Assembly (NCBI RefSeq): GCF_024502345.1
Contig: NZ_JALDNN010000001.1
Direction: 5' to 3' (one strand)
Length of the DNA: 64,000 nucleotides
Source of the DNA: Escherichia coli
GTDB lineage: Bacteria; Pseudomonadota; Gammaproteobacteria; Enterobacterales; Enterobacteriaceae
A program made the translations under genes and the position numbers. Each line of letters starts with the position of its first letter. Position 1 is the first letter of the stretch. The notes below the pieces were generated by a model. That model was not told the origin of the DNA. It saw only the letters and a program-made list of their open reading frames with translations, and did no database searches. This document shows, piece by piece, positions 22,940 through 32,942 of this stretch.

Positions 22940-24910
22940 TTACGGATGGCAATGCTTTTCCTCATTCACCCAGATCTTCATTTCGCCTTCACCCCGGTTA
23001 GCCCAGCTAAACCACGGGATAAAGGTCAGAGTTTGCGGCTGGCGTTTGGCTGGGGCATAGTCGTAATGCCACAACGGTTGTTGTTCTGGATTGCTCTGTT
23101 CATACCGGTAACCCGGTGCCTGGATTAAGATCTTATGGCTGAACAATCCCTTACCTTCAAATGTCGTAAATGGCGCATCGGCGGGCAGCCACAGATTATG
23201 CAGTGACTCGCCGTTGTCGGCCTGTTCCAGGCAATACACCAGCAGGCCGCGCTGAATCGCCACTTTTCCGGCGACGTGACGCACCAGCGGGTTACCGTAA
23301 ACGCGGCGTACCGGCATCGGCAAAGTCAGATTCAGCGTATCGCCCTCCTGCCATTCGCGGGTAATGTGCAAATACCCTTTACGAATATCCTGCTCGACCT
23401 CTTCCCCATTCAATATGATCTGCGGCTGTGTGCACCAGTCCGGCAGACGTAAAGCCAGCGTATGACGTACCGGCTGGGGCGATTCAACCGCAATCGTCAC
23501 CTGCTCCTGCCACGGATAGTTCCCGCTAACCCGCAGGCGCAGCGTGCCATTTTCTACCGGCACTTCCATGCTGTTTCCTGCGTAGATGTTGATATACAAC
23601 GCATCTTCACGCGGCGTGTAGAGATAATGACCAATCGAGGTCAGCACGCGGGCGATATTTGGCGGACAACAAGCGCAGCCAAACCAACGCTGGCGGATCG
23701 GTTTAACGTGATCGTAGATATGGTTGAATTTCAGCGATTTTGGATGTACTTCCAGCGGATTCACATAGAAGAAATGTTTGCCATCCAGCGCCATGCCGCC
23801 GAGCACGGTGTTGTACAGTGCGCGCTCCATCACATCGGCATATTGACTGTCGCCTTCCATTTCCAGCATTCGTCGGGCAAACATCATCAGGCCGATGGAG
23901 GCGCAACTTTCAGCGTATACCGTGTCATTCGGCAGATCGTAATCGCTAGTGAACGCTTCGCCGCTGCTTTGCGAGCCAATGCCGCCGGTAATATATAACT
24001 GACGCTGGGCCATATTGTTCCACAGCCGCAGGCAGTCCTGACGCTTGCTGTCATCGTGACTTAAACGCGCGAGATGCGCGACGCCGGTCATCAGATAGAC
24101 AAAACGTACCGCGTGACCGATGGCGGTTTGCTGTTGCGCAAGGGGCAAATGTGCCTGGCTGTAGGCTTTGTCTTTCACCATCCACGCCGGGCCGTAGGTG
24201 TGCCAGTGCGATGTCTGCCCGCGCTTTTCATATTCCTGGTCGTAATAGTGCGGTTGCGCACCACGCTGTTCGACAAAATAGTTCGTCAGCGCCAGGTAGC
24301 GCGGCTCTTCAGTCACTTCATACAGGCGCATTAGTGCCAGTTCAATTTCCGGGTGACCAGGATAACCGTGTAACTTACTTTCATCTGGACCAAATACGCT
24401 GTCGATATTATCGGCCAGGCGGCAAACGACCCCCAGCAAGCGCCGTTTTCCCGTGGCCTGGAAGAAGGCGACTCCGGCTTCAATCAGATGACCTGCGCAG
24501 TAAAGTTCATGACACTCCGCCAGATTGCTCCAGCGTTCTTCGGGTGCTTTTACCGTAAAGTAAGTATTGAGATAGCCGTCTTCGCATTGGGCGGAGGCGA
24601 TCAGTTCGATTACCTCGTCGGCGGTTTTTTCCAGTTCGGCGTCCGGCTTCTGGCACAGCGACCAGGCTACCGCTTCCAGCCATTTGGCGACGTCGCTGTC
24701 CTGAAACACCATCCCGTAAAATTCACCCTCCTGAAGTCCGGCGGCAATGCGAAAGTTTTCAATCGCATGGCTGGGTTCCGCTTCTGGGATACGATCGTTC
24801 AAGGCATCCCACTGATAAGGAATCACCACGTCGCGGACCAGTTGTTGGTACTGACCGAGGAACGGATCGCTGACCGTCAGTTTATGCAGATCGACTTCCG
24901 AAATGTTCAT
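22940..24910 (-). CDS. Glycoside hydrolase family 127-like enzyme (beta-L-arabinofuranosidase family, DUF1680)
   Basis: About 656 aa from ATG at 24910 with AAGGAG RBS. Contains E-x-C (ESCAS) and, about 77 residues later, CACCPPN, matching the spacing of the Zn-binding/catalytic Glu338/Cys340 and Cys417/Cys418 of HypBA1 as I recall it. Confidence 0.7.
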   Translation of the reverse strand: MNISEVDLHKLTVSDPFLGQYQQLVRDVVIPYQWDALNDRIPEAEPSHAIENFRIAAGLQEGEFYGMVFQDSDVAKWLEAVAWSLCQKPDAELEKTADEVIELIASAQCEDGYLNTYFTVKAPEERWSNLAECHELYCAGHLIEAGVAFFQATGKRRLLGVVCRLADNIDSVFGPDESKLHGYPGHPEIELALMRLYEVTEEPRYLALTNYFVEQRGAQPHYYDQEYEKRGQTSHWHTYGPAWMVKDKAYSQAHLPLAQQQTAIGHAVRFVYLMTGVAHLARLSHDDSKRQDCLRLWNNMAQRQLYITGGIGSQSSGEAFTSDYDLPNDTVYAESCASIGLMMFARRMLEMEGDSQYADVMERALYNTVLGGMALDGKHFFYVNPLEVHPKSLKFNHIYDHVKPIRQRWFGCACCPPNIARVLTSIGHYLYTPREDALYINIYAGNSMEVPVENGTLRLRVSGNYPWQEQVTIAVESPQPVRHTLALRLPDWCTQPQIILNGEEVEQDIRKGYLHITREWQEGDTLNLTLPMPVRRVYGNPLVRHVAGKVAIQRGLLVYCLEQADNGESLHNLWLPADAPFTTFEGKGLFSHKILIQAPGYRYEQSNPEQQPLWHYDYAPAKRQPQTLTFIPWFSWANRGEGEMKIWVNEEKHCHP

Positions 24911-24920
24911 CTTGTGCTCC

Positions 24921-26321
24921 TTAAGGCTGTACATGACGCTGACGCAGGTCGGTAGCTATGCGTGACATCATAGGATTATTGAGTTTGCAAAAGCGGATCG
25001 CCCCTGCCAGCAGCAGGTGGAATAGCGCAGGCAGTAATGTTTCCATCGCCGCGATCCCGCCAAGCGAACTGGCGGTCTGGTTTTCCACGCCAGGCTGGTA
25101 GGCGACAAAAATAAACAGCAGGCTGATGATCCCGGCGCTGGAGGCCCAGGCCAGCTTGATGAAAAACAGATTGAAGGCGAAGTTCATGCCGGAAGAACGT
25201 ACGCGGGTTTTCCACTCGCCGTAGTCATCGGCAAAGGCCATCAATGAGAAGTGCAGTGGCAATGTGAAGCCAAGAATTACGCCATTACCGAGGATCACCG
25301 CCAGCCACAGCGTTTGATAAGCCGGGCCGGAGGGCAGGAACCACATCAACACCGCCAGCGCAGCGAGGAGCAGGTTGGTGTAGTAGTAAATTTTGACGGT
25401 ATCGAAACGCCGCGTTAACGGGCTGACAATCACCGAGCCGATAATGGAGGCGAAGGTGACCATGGTGAAGAACAGCGACGTGTAGCCCGTACTGCCTTGT
25501 AAGACGTAGGTAATGAAGTACATATACCCACCGCCGCGAATGTTAAAGACGTTAATCAGCAGGAAAGACATGACCAGCATCAGCAGCAGTTGGTCGTTGT
25601 TCCGCAGCCCGGCAAGATGTTCGCGCAGGGTAAATTTCCCCATTGTGGAGAGCGGCACCCGTTCACGAACCCAGAAGAAACAGCACAGGAACATCACCAC
25701 GGCAATGGCGCACAATACCCCGACGCCCAGTTGATAGCCGCGTGCAGCGTTGCCCTGACCGAAGAGATCTACCATCCACGGTAAGCCTACCGAAACCAGA
25801 AATCCCGCTACGCCGCAGAGAACGAATCGCCAGGGCTGGCAGGAGATCACTTCATTGTGGCGGGTGGTCATGGTGTTGATCAGCGCGCAGTACGGTACGT
25901 TGATGGCGGTATAACCGACTGAAAGGAGCAGGTAAGTACCGAACGCCCAGGCGATTTTTACTCCCATGCTGGCATCTGGCACGGTGAACGTCAGGATGCC
26001 GATAATGCCGATGGGAATGGCAATCCATAGCTGCCACGGACGAAAGCGCCCCCAGCGACTTTGCGTCCGGTCGGCAATGACGCCCATCACCGGGTCGGAG
26101 ATGGCATCAAACACGCGCAGTGCAATAAACAGCGTGCCAACCAGCGCCGGAGTTAATCCAAAAACGTCGGTGTAGAAAAAGGTGAGAAAATTCATGATCA
26201 GGCAAGTTATTACGGTGCCGCCTGCGTCACCCAGGCCGTAGCCTATTTTTTCCCGTACAGATAACGCATCGTCAATTTTACCTTTAGCGATATCAGCGGT
26301 AGTAATCGGTGTAGAGGTCAT
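24921..26321 (-). CDS. Glycoside-pentoside-hexuronide (GPH) family sugar:cation symporter (MelB-like)
   Basis: 466 aa, multi-TM; N-terminal GYGLGD motif typical of GPH transporters; immediately upstream of and co-directional with the GH127 gene. Confidence 0.75.
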   Translation of the reverse strand: MTSTPITTADIAKGKIDDALSVREKIGYGLGDAGGTVITCLIMNFLTFFYTDVFGLTPALVGTLFIALRVFDAISDPVMGVIADRTQSRWGRFRPWQLWIAIPIGIIGILTFTVPDASMGVKIAWAFGTYLLLSVGYTAINVPYCALINTMTTRHNEVISCQPWRFVLCGVAGFLVSVGLPWMVDLFGQGNAARGYQLGVGVLCAIAVVMFLCCFFWVRERVPLSTMGKFTLREHLAGLRNNDQLLLMLVMSFLLINVFNIRGGGYMYFITYVLQGSTGYTSLFFTMVTFASIIGSVIVSPLTRRFDTVKIYYYTNLLLAALAVLMWFLPSGPAYQTLWLAVILGNGVILGFTLPLHFSLMAFADDYGEWKTRVRSSGMNFAFNLFFIKLAWASSAGIISLLFIFVAYQPGVENQTASSLGGIAAMETLLPALFHLLLAGAIRFCKLNNPMMSRIATDLRQRHVQP

Positions 26322-26546
26322 AGATATTCCTCGTGAATAGGGAGCAATTTTTAGTTTTATTGAAATGACCTGATTAATTCTGCCGTGAACGGGAATATCA
26401 ACAAGGCGAGAAAAGAGTAAAAAAAGGTGACGATTCCGACCTGAATTTAAAAGTGTGAAATGGATCAGGTGAAATTAATGTTTTTGATTAATAATCAAAA
26501 GGTAATGTGTTTAATCATTAATGAATAAGCGGGAAATTACATATCA
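26322..26546. promoter_or_regulatory. Divergent promoter region between the GPH-GH127 operon and the AraC-family regulator gene
   Basis: 225-bp AT-rich intergenic region between divergent starts; contains a partial CRP-like motif tgtgaaatggatcagg. Confidence 0.4.
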
Positions 26547-27362
26547 ATGCTCGAATTATCCATGACGTTACCGATTAAAGTGCAAAATGGTGGATTATTT
26601 ATTTCCCGTGGCGTAGGGAGGCATCCTGCAAGGCGGCTGGAGTCATGGGAAATTATCTTTGTCGAAAAAGGTCGATTAACGATTCAGGAAGAAGAACGGA
26701 TATTTCTGGTCGATGCGGGAGAGAGTTTATTACTCTGGCCGAACCGACAACATGTTGGGGTGGAGGATTTTCCCGCCGATCTCAAATTTTACTGGCTGCA
26801 TTTTGAGGTTAAAGCGCCGGACAACGACCCTCGCTGGCTTACTCATCTTAGCGTGCCGCAACAAACGAAGGTTGTCGATCCGCAGGCGCTGGTGGCCCTG
26901 TTTCGCCAGTTCTTAAGCGAACAGGAAAAGCATCAACGCACTCCGGCGCTGGAGTTTATTGTGCTGCTCATTTTGCAGCAGCTCACCCGTGACGCGCGTC
27001 TTGATGAACAGGCCGATGGCGCAGGCACCACCCTTGCCTGGAAAGCGCAGAAACTGATCCGCACGCAATATCATCGCCCGCTTTCTACGGCGCTTCTGGC
27101 CCGCGAGCTGTACTGCAATGCCGATTATCTTGGGCGCGTCTACCGGCGGGTGTTTCATCTGACGTTAACAGAAGCAATCCATCGCCAGCGGGTGCGCGAA
27201 GCCGAAAAGCTGTTAATTAGCGAAGCGCGATCGCTCACGGAAGTGGCGGCGTTGTGCGGGTTTAATGACGTTGGCTATTTCCGGCAGATTTTTCGCAAAC
27301 ACACCGGTTTAACGCCAGCAGCGTGGAAGCGGCGTTACAGCAAGGAACATATCAATTCGTAG
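26547..27362 (+). CDS. AraC/XylS-family transcriptional regulator
   Basis: 271 aa; cupin-like N-terminal half and C-terminal double HTH (RELYCNADYLGRVYRR ... VGYFRQIFRKHTGLTPAAWKRRY). Confidence 0.8.
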   Translation: MLELSMTLPIKVQNGGLFISRGVGRHPARRLESWEIIFVEKGRLTIQEEERIFLVDAGESLLLWPNRQHVGVEDFPADLKFYWLHFEVKAPDNDPRWLTHLSVPQQTKVVDPQALVALFRQFLSEQEKHQRTPALEFIVLLILQQLTRDARLDEQADGAGTTLAWKAQKLIRTQYHRPLSTALLARELYCNADYLGRVYRRVFHLTLTEAIHRQRVREAEKLLISEARSLTEVAALCGFNDVGYFRQIFRKHTGLTPAAWKRRYSKEHINS

Positions 27363-27402
27363 TGCCGTGTCGATTTCGCTTTCGACATCACGTCTGAAAC
27401 AG

Positions 27403-27504
27403 GTGGGAGAGAAAAATCTCCTGAAACCTCTGCGTGAAACCGCGCAGGCTATTTCTAATGAACTGGGGTTTACTGTCAGGGACGACCAGGGCGCGATCAC
27501 ATAA
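27403..27504 (+). pseudogene. Possible 3' remnant of an IclR-family regulator gene (yiaJ-like)
   Basis: Start-less frame ending at a stop, encoding ...NLLKPLRETAQAISNELGFTVRDDQGAIT, which resembles IclR-family C-termini; sits where yiaJ would end next to ysaA in K-12. Confidence 0.3.
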
Positions 27505-27605
27505 CGCTTTGGACAAGTGCCAAAACTTTAACATTTCCTTCGTTGGATCAAAGCAGTAGGGACGCGCTCTCTGGCACTCTGCTGTTTTAGTGCAAAGGAG
27601 TGATC

Positions 27606-28079
27606 ATGAACCGGTTTATTATTGCGGATGCGACGAAATGTATCGGTTGCCGTACCTGTGAAGTGGCTTGCGCAGTGTCGCATCAGGAGAATCAGGATTG
27701 CGCTGCGTTGTCACCAGACGAGTTTATTTCCCGTATTCGTGTCATTAAAGACCACAGCTGGACCACGGCAGTAGCCTGTCATCAGTGTGAAGATGCACCG
27801 TGCGCGAATGTCTGCCCTGTTGACGCGATAAGCCGCGAACATGGGCATATTTTCGTTGAACAAACACGTTGCATTGGCTGTAAAAGCTGTATGCTGGCTT
27901 GCCCGTTTGGTGCGATGGAGGTCGTTTCTTCGCGCAAAAAGGCGAGGGCGATTAAGTGCGATCTGTGCTGGCATCGGGAGACGGGGCCGGCCTGTGTTGA
28001 AGCCTGCCCGACAAAGGCGTTGCAGTGCATGGATGTCGAGAAAGTGCAGCGGCATCGGCTACGGCAGCAGCCTGTTTGA
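27606..28079 (+). CDS. ysaA: 4Fe-4S ferredoxin-type protein YsaA
   Basis: 157 aa from ATG at 27606 with AAGGAG RBS; multiple CxxCxxC motifs. Confidence 0.85.
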   Translation: MNRFIIADATKCIGCRTCEVACAVSHQENQDCAALSPDEFISRIRVIKDHSWTTAVACHQCEDAPCANVCPVDAISREHGHIFVEQTRCIGCKSCMLACPFGAMEVVSSRKKARAIKCDLCWHRETGPACVEACPTKALQCMDVEKVQRHRLRQQPV

Positions 28080-28086
28080 AACGTTT

Positions 28087-28224
28087 TCCGGCGTTTCTCA
28101 ACGCCGGAATAGTGCGCTTTGTTTATGCCAGATGCGGCGTAAACGCCTTATCCGGCCTACAAATTCTTCCAAATTCAATATATTGCAGAAATTATGTAGG
28201 CCTGATAAGCGTAGCGCATCAGGC
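28087..28224. repeat. Terminator hairpin plus REP/BIME pair between ysaA and avtA
   Basis: Hairpin ccggcgtt-tctca-acgccgg; REP gccagatgcggcgtaaacgccttatccggcctac (28128-28160) and inverted copy gtaggcctgataagcgtagcgcatcaggc (28196-28224). Confidence 0.55.
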
Positions 28225-28229
28225 AATTT

Positions 28230-29483
28230 TTAGTGACTTTCAGCCCAGGCTCTTTCTATCTCTTCCGCCAGAATCTTCACCCCCGCCTCAATTTTCTCCG
28301 GCTCTGGTACGTAGTTCATGCGCATACATTGATGCGTATGCGGCCACGGTTTATCCAGTCCCGGGAAGAAGTTGTGCCCCGGCACCATCAGCACGCCGCG
28401 TGCTTTCAGGCGCTGGTAGAGTTGCTCGGTCGTAATGGGCAAATCCTTAAACCAAAGCCAGAGGAAAATGGCTCCTTCTGGTTTATGAATTAGGCAGCGA
28501 TCTTCCGGTAAATAGCGGCGAATGATGGCGATAGTTTCCTGAACACGCTGGTAGTAAAACGGTTTGATGACTGTTTCAGACAGGCGCAGCAGATCGTTAC
28601 GCTTAATCATTTCACACATCATCGCCGGACCAATACCGCCAGGTGCCAGGCTGATAATGCCGTTCATATTGGTGATGGCAGTGATGATTTTTTCATTGGC
28701 GATGATAATGCCGCAGCGGGAGCCAGGCAGCCCCAGCTTGGAAAGACTCATGCACAGCACGATATTCGGATTCCATAGCGGGCGCGCTTCACTGAAGATG
28801 ATACCCGGGAACGGGACGCCATAAGCGTTATCAATCACCAGCGGAATGCCGTGTTGATTCGCCAGCGCGTCAAGCTTCAGCAACTCTTCGTCAGTAATCA
28901 CATTGCCTGTTGGATTCGTCGGCCGGGAGACGCAAATCATCCCGGTTTCTTCGCCAATATGCAGATGCTCAAAATCGACGTGGTATTTAAACTGGCCTTC
29001 CGGCAGCAGTTCAATATTCGGACGCGCAGAGACAAACAGATCTTCTTCCAGTCCGGCGTCAGCGTAGCCAATGTATTCCGGTGCCAGCGGGAACAGCACT
29101 TTTTTGACCCGACCATCGGCACGGCGTCCGGCAAACAGATTAAATAAGTAGAAAAACGCGCTCTGGCTGCCGTTTGTTAGTGCAATATTCTGTGCTTCGA
29201 TATCCCAACCCAACTTCTCGCGCAGCATTCCGGCAAGCAGTGTGAGTAGCTCCGTTTTCCCCTGTGGACCGTCGTAATTGCACAGTGCATCAGTCGCTTT
29301 GCCACTTTCCAGCATGTCGGTCAGTAGCGTCTGGAAGTAGTCCTGCATTTCCGGGATCTGCGCCGGATTACCGCCGCCGAGCATAATCGCGCCAGGCGTG
29401 CGTAAACCGTCGTTCAGATCTTCCATCAGCAGCGTAATGCCGGAGTGGCGGGTAAATTTGTCACCAAAAAGGGAGAATGTCAT
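28230..29483 (-). CDS. avtA: Valine-pyruvate aminotransferase
   Basis: Protein begins MTFSLFGDKFTRHSG, 417 aa; ORF-track entry has a 35-codon upstream extension. Confidence 0.93.
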   Translation of the reverse strand: MTFSLFGDKFTRHSGITLLMEDLNDGLRTPGAIMLGGGNPAQIPEMQDYFQTLLTDMLESGKATDALCNYDGPQGKTELLTLLAGMLREKLGWDIEAQNIALTNGSQSAFFYLFNLFAGRRADGRVKKVLFPLAPEYIGYADAGLEEDLFVSARPNIELLPEGQFKYHVDFEHLHIGEETGMICVSRPTNPTGNVITDEELLKLDALANQHGIPLVIDNAYGVPFPGIIFSEARPLWNPNIVLCMSLSKLGLPGSRCGIIIANEKIITAITNMNGIISLAPGGIGPAMMCEMIKRNDLLRLSETVIKPFYYQRVQETIAIIRRYLPEDRCLIHKPEGAIFLWLWFKDLPITTEQLYQRLKARGVLMVPGHNFFPGLDKPWPHTHQCMRMNYVPEPEKIEAGVKILAEEIERAWAESH

Positions 29484-29660
29484 AGCGGGATATCTGTCGA
29501 ACTCTGTAGCAAGGAAGGTAACAATAACGCTACATTTGCTGGGGTGCAAATCGGTCTGTTGAAGAGTGAGCGGTGCTTTATCCTGCAACGCTGATTAGGG
29601 CTGACATTTTATCCTGGTTGGCGGCTTCCCGAGGTACTGACGAACGGGAAGCCGGAAAAG

Positions 29661-31691
29661 TCACTGTTGCCCAGCCCAGATGACCAGCACTTTATCGTCG
29701 CCATGCTCACGAACAAAGCCGTAGCCCTGCTTCAGCGAAAGTGTCGTTTGTTTGCCCGCGCCAATTGCGGGATGGCGGGCGCGGAACTGGCTGATTTTCT
29801 GCCAGTGCGCGACGTTGGCGGCAGATTTACCGCTAACATCCTGCCAGTTCATATCCGAACGTGTACCTTGCAGCGGATCAGAACCTGTAGGACCGAACGG
29901 ACGCGAGGATTCATCGCCATAAAAGATTTGTACCGCGCCTGGCGCTAATAGTAATAACTCTGCTGCTTTGTCGCCCCCTTCACGGAACAGACGGGTATCA
30001 TGCGACGAGAGGTAGCTCAACACGTTGAAACCCTGCAATTTCTCCGCCATTTGCTGCCAGGTCGTATCCATCTGCGCAATACAATCGACAGCTTTCGCCG
30101 CCTGCTCCTGATAATCGAAATTGATCATCGCATCGAAGCCGTGGCGATAGTAGTCACTTTGCATCACGCCGTGGCCCCAGGCTTCACCGGTCATCCAGAA
30201 AGGTTTGTCATCTAATGCTTTGTCGGGGTTAGCTTTTTTCCATTCGCGAAGCGCGGCGCTGGCTTCGGTTTTCAGTTGCTGCCAGGCGGGCAACTCAACA
30301 TGTTTGGCGGTATCGACCCGAAAACCATCAATCCCATAGTCGCGGACCCACTGACTTAACCAGTGGGTTAAGTAATCGCGAGGTGTAAAGCCTTCGATGA
30401 CTTTAGCGTGAGTATCCGTTTTGTTTTTATAGAACACCGGCAGACCAGAAGCGGTAGTTGATTCGGTTTTGATATCCGGCAAAAAGGCCAGCGACATAGT
30501 GAGATCGTCAAATCCAGGATTGTCGTAATCGCCGATATCCGTTCTGATCCAGTTTTTTCCCCACCATTTATCCCAGCCTGTTTTGTCGCTGAAATTAATG
30601 TAATCGTTAAAGCTATGCCAGGTTTGCCCGGCGGCAGGTTTCCAGTCGCTCCAGCGTTCACCCAGCGTTTTTTTCACTTCGTCACCAGAAAGATATAACG
30701 CGCCAAACTGATACTCCTGCATATCCGCCAGCGTGGCATAGCCGGTGTGGTTCATCACGACATCAAAGAGAATACGAATACCGCGCTGATGTGCGCTATC
30801 AACCAGCGTCCGTAGATCGGCTTCGTTGCCCATATTGGCATCAAGATTCGTCCAGTCCTGTGTGTAATAACCGTGGTAGGCATAATGCGGGAAATCGCCT
30901 TTTGTACCGCCGCCGACCCAGCCGTGAATTTGCTCAAATGGGGCGCTTATCCATAAAGCATTAACGCCCAACTGCTGGAGGTAATCCAGTTTGTTGGTCA
31001 GGCCGCGTAAATCGCCGCCGTGAAAAGTGCCAATTTCCGCCATACCGTCTTTATGACGTCCGTAACTCTGGTCATTACTGGGATCGCCGTTTTCGAAACG
31101 ATCTGTCAGCACAAAGTAAACCGTGGCGTTATGCCAGTCGAAAGGGGCAGAGGCGTCAGTTTCTGCCCGTTCCAGCAGGAGTAAACCGTTGCTGGTGGCA
31201 GCGGGTTGTAACGTTATTTGACCGTTCTTCACTATCGCAATTTGCTGGCTGTAATAATCCCGTACGGCGGCTCCTTCCAGGAAAGTGGCGCTGACATCCA
31301 GCGTGAGCGGTAATCCATCCCATTTCGGGCATACACGGACCTGGCTTGCTACCGGTTCGGCGGCGTTCTGGATGGAAATCATCAATGTTGGCGTGCCGGA
31401 GCGGGTGTCTATTTGCAGCGTATATTCGCCGTCCCTGAACAATCGCCATTGAGGCGGCGTGTTGCTACAGGGTTGCAGGGAAAGCATCTGATTGAGTTTT
31501 ATCGCATCCGCAGGCTGCCAGCACTGTTGGTCAAAATTTAGCGTTAGTGGACGCGTACCTTTGGGCAACTGCGCGTGGCTGACAAATGTTCCCGTTCCCT
31601 GTTCACTAAAGGCAGGGAACCCCGGAGAAGTCCAGCTGGCGGCAACGGCGAAGCCAGGAAGGAGTGTCAGAAAACAGGCGGCGAGTTTCAT
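29661..31691 (-). CDS. malS: Periplasmic alpha-amylase
   Basis: 676 aa, signal peptide MKLAACFLTLLPGFAVA, GH13 motifs. Confidence 0.95.
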   Translation of the reverse strand: MKLAACFLTLLPGFAVAASWTSPGFPAFSEQGTGTFVSHAQLPKGTRPLTLNFDQQCWQPADAIKLNQMLSLQPCSNTPPQWRLFRDGEYTLQIDTRSGTPTLMISIQNAAEPVASQVRVCPKWDGLPLTLDVSATFLEGAAVRDYYSQQIAIVKNGQITLQPAATSNGLLLLERAETDASAPFDWHNATVYFVLTDRFENGDPSNDQSYGRHKDGMAEIGTFHGGDLRGLTNKLDYLQQLGVNALWISAPFEQIHGWVGGGTKGDFPHYAYHGYYTQDWTNLDANMGNEADLRTLVDSAHQRGIRILFDVVMNHTGYATLADMQEYQFGALYLSGDEVKKTLGERWSDWKPAAGQTWHSFNDYINFSDKTGWDKWWGKNWIRTDIGDYDNPGFDDLTMSLAFLPDIKTESTTASGLPVFYKNKTDTHAKVIEGFTPRDYLTHWLSQWVRDYGIDGFRVDTAKHVELPAWQQLKTEASAALREWKKANPDKALDDKPFWMTGEAWGHGVMQSDYYRHGFDAMINFDYQEQAAKAVDCIAQMDTTWQQMAEKLQGFNVLSYLSSHDTRLFREGGDKAAELLLLAPGAVQIFYGDESSRPFGPTGSDPLQGTRSDMNWQDVSGKSAANVAHWQKISQFRARHPAIGAGKQTTLSLKQGYGFVREHGDDKVLVIWAGQQ

Positions 31692-31800
31692 GGCGGATGA
31701 GTCCTTATTGCTGCGATTTCAGACAGTTTGCCAGCGATAAGCCAGACAAAACTCATCCCTGAGCGGTAAGTCCACAGGATGAGAAGCAAGGGTGAGCGAT
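31692..31800 (-). promoter_or_regulatory. malS upstream region with candidate MalT boxes
   Basis: GGATGA-type motifs near 31695 and 31776; malS is a known MalT-dependent gene. Site positions are tentative. Confidence 0.3.
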
Positions 31801-32010
31801 CTCGCGCAAAAAACGGCTGAATTTTGCGATAAACCCCACATTTTCTGCGATTTAGCGCCAATCTGAATCGTTAACACGTGACATAGTTTCAGATTTGGAC
31901 TATTCCTTGGGGTGCTCTTGACAGCTATTTTTGATATGATTTGAGATTCAACTCTCAAATTTGTGAAAAATATAAGGTGTTGGAATGATTAAATCCGACC
32001 AGGAGACCTG

Positions 32011-32835
32011 ATGATTTTGACTCCCATACGACGATATGGGGCGATGATTCTTATGTTACTCACTCTGGTGTTTTCGAGTGAGGTGTTAGCGAAGACGCAC
32101 ACAACAACAGCGAGTCAAAAGTCCCACTTAACTAAAGCTAGTAATAAACAGGTAAGCAGTAAACAAGAGTATTCTCGCAATAGTGCAAAGAGTAGTTCAC
32201 TTCCTGATTTGCGAAAATACCCTTCCGGAACACCAAGGAAAAAGGCGTTTCTCCGGACCGTAATGCCTTACATTACCAGCCAAAATGCAGCCATTACTGC
32301 AGAACGTAACTGGCTGATTTCAAAACAGTATCAGGGCCAATGGTCACCTGCTGAGCGTGCGCGTCTGAAAGACATCGCCAAACGCTACAAGGTGAAGTGG
32401 TCTGGTAATACGCGAAAAATCCCGTGGAATACCTTGCTTGAACGCGTAGACATTATCCCCACCAGTATGGTGGCGACGATGGCTGCAGCAGAAAGCGGTT
32501 GGGGAACGTCGAAGCTGGCGCGCAACAACAACAATCTTTTCGGCATGAAATGCATGAAAGGACGTTGTACCAATGCGCCGGGTAAAGTGAAAGGGTACTC
32601 ACAGTTTAGTTCTGTCAAAGAATCGGTGAGCGCCTATGTCACTAACCTCAATACGCACCCGGCTTACTCTTCGTTCCGTAAATCGCGTGCGCAGCTGCGT
32701 AAAGCGGATCAGGAAGTGACTGCCACAGCGATGATTCACAAGCTGAAGGGCTACTCGACCAAAGGGAAGAGTTATAACAACTACCTGTTCGCAATGTACC
32801 AGGATAACCAACGGTTAATCGCGGCGCATATGTAA
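32011..32835 (+). CDS. bax: Bax protein (putative glucosaminidase)
   Basis: 274-aa ORF, position between malS and xylR as in K-12. Confidence 0.88.
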   Translation: MILTPIRRYGAMILMLLTLVFSSEVLAKTHTTTASQKSHLTKASNKQVSSKQEYSRNSAKSSSLPDLRKYPSGTPRKKAFLRTVMPYITSQNAAITAERNWLISKQYQGQWSPAERARLKDIAKRYKVKWSGNTRKIPWNTLLERVDIIPTSMVATMAAAESGWGTSKLARNNNNLFGMKCMKGRCTNAPGKVKGYSQFSSVKESVSAYVTNLNTHPAYSSFRKSRAQLRKADQEVTATAMIHKLKGYSTKGKSYNNYLFAMYQDNQRLIAAHM

Positions 32836-32849
32836 TTGTATTTCCTCGA

Positions 32850-32919
32850 GCCTTATCCGACTTGTCGGTCGGATAAGGCTTTTGATCGCATCAGGTGGTT
32901 GTGCTGAGTTACCTGATGC
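32850..32919. repeat. Two REP-like palindromes downstream of bax and xylR
   Basis: gccttatccgac-ttgtcg-gtcggataaggc (perfect palindrome) and gcatcaggt...acctgatgc. Confidence 0.5.
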
Positions 32920-32942
32920 GACGCCGACAATTCTCATCATCG

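Noticed and set aside
23462-23998. 178-aa plus-strand ORF
   Set aside because: Antisense within the GH127 gene.
27309-27500. 63-aa minus-strand ORF spanning the araC 3' end and the junction region
   Set aside because: Overlaps the AraC gene end and the putative IclR-remnant frame on the opposite strand; no RBS and no recognisable features.
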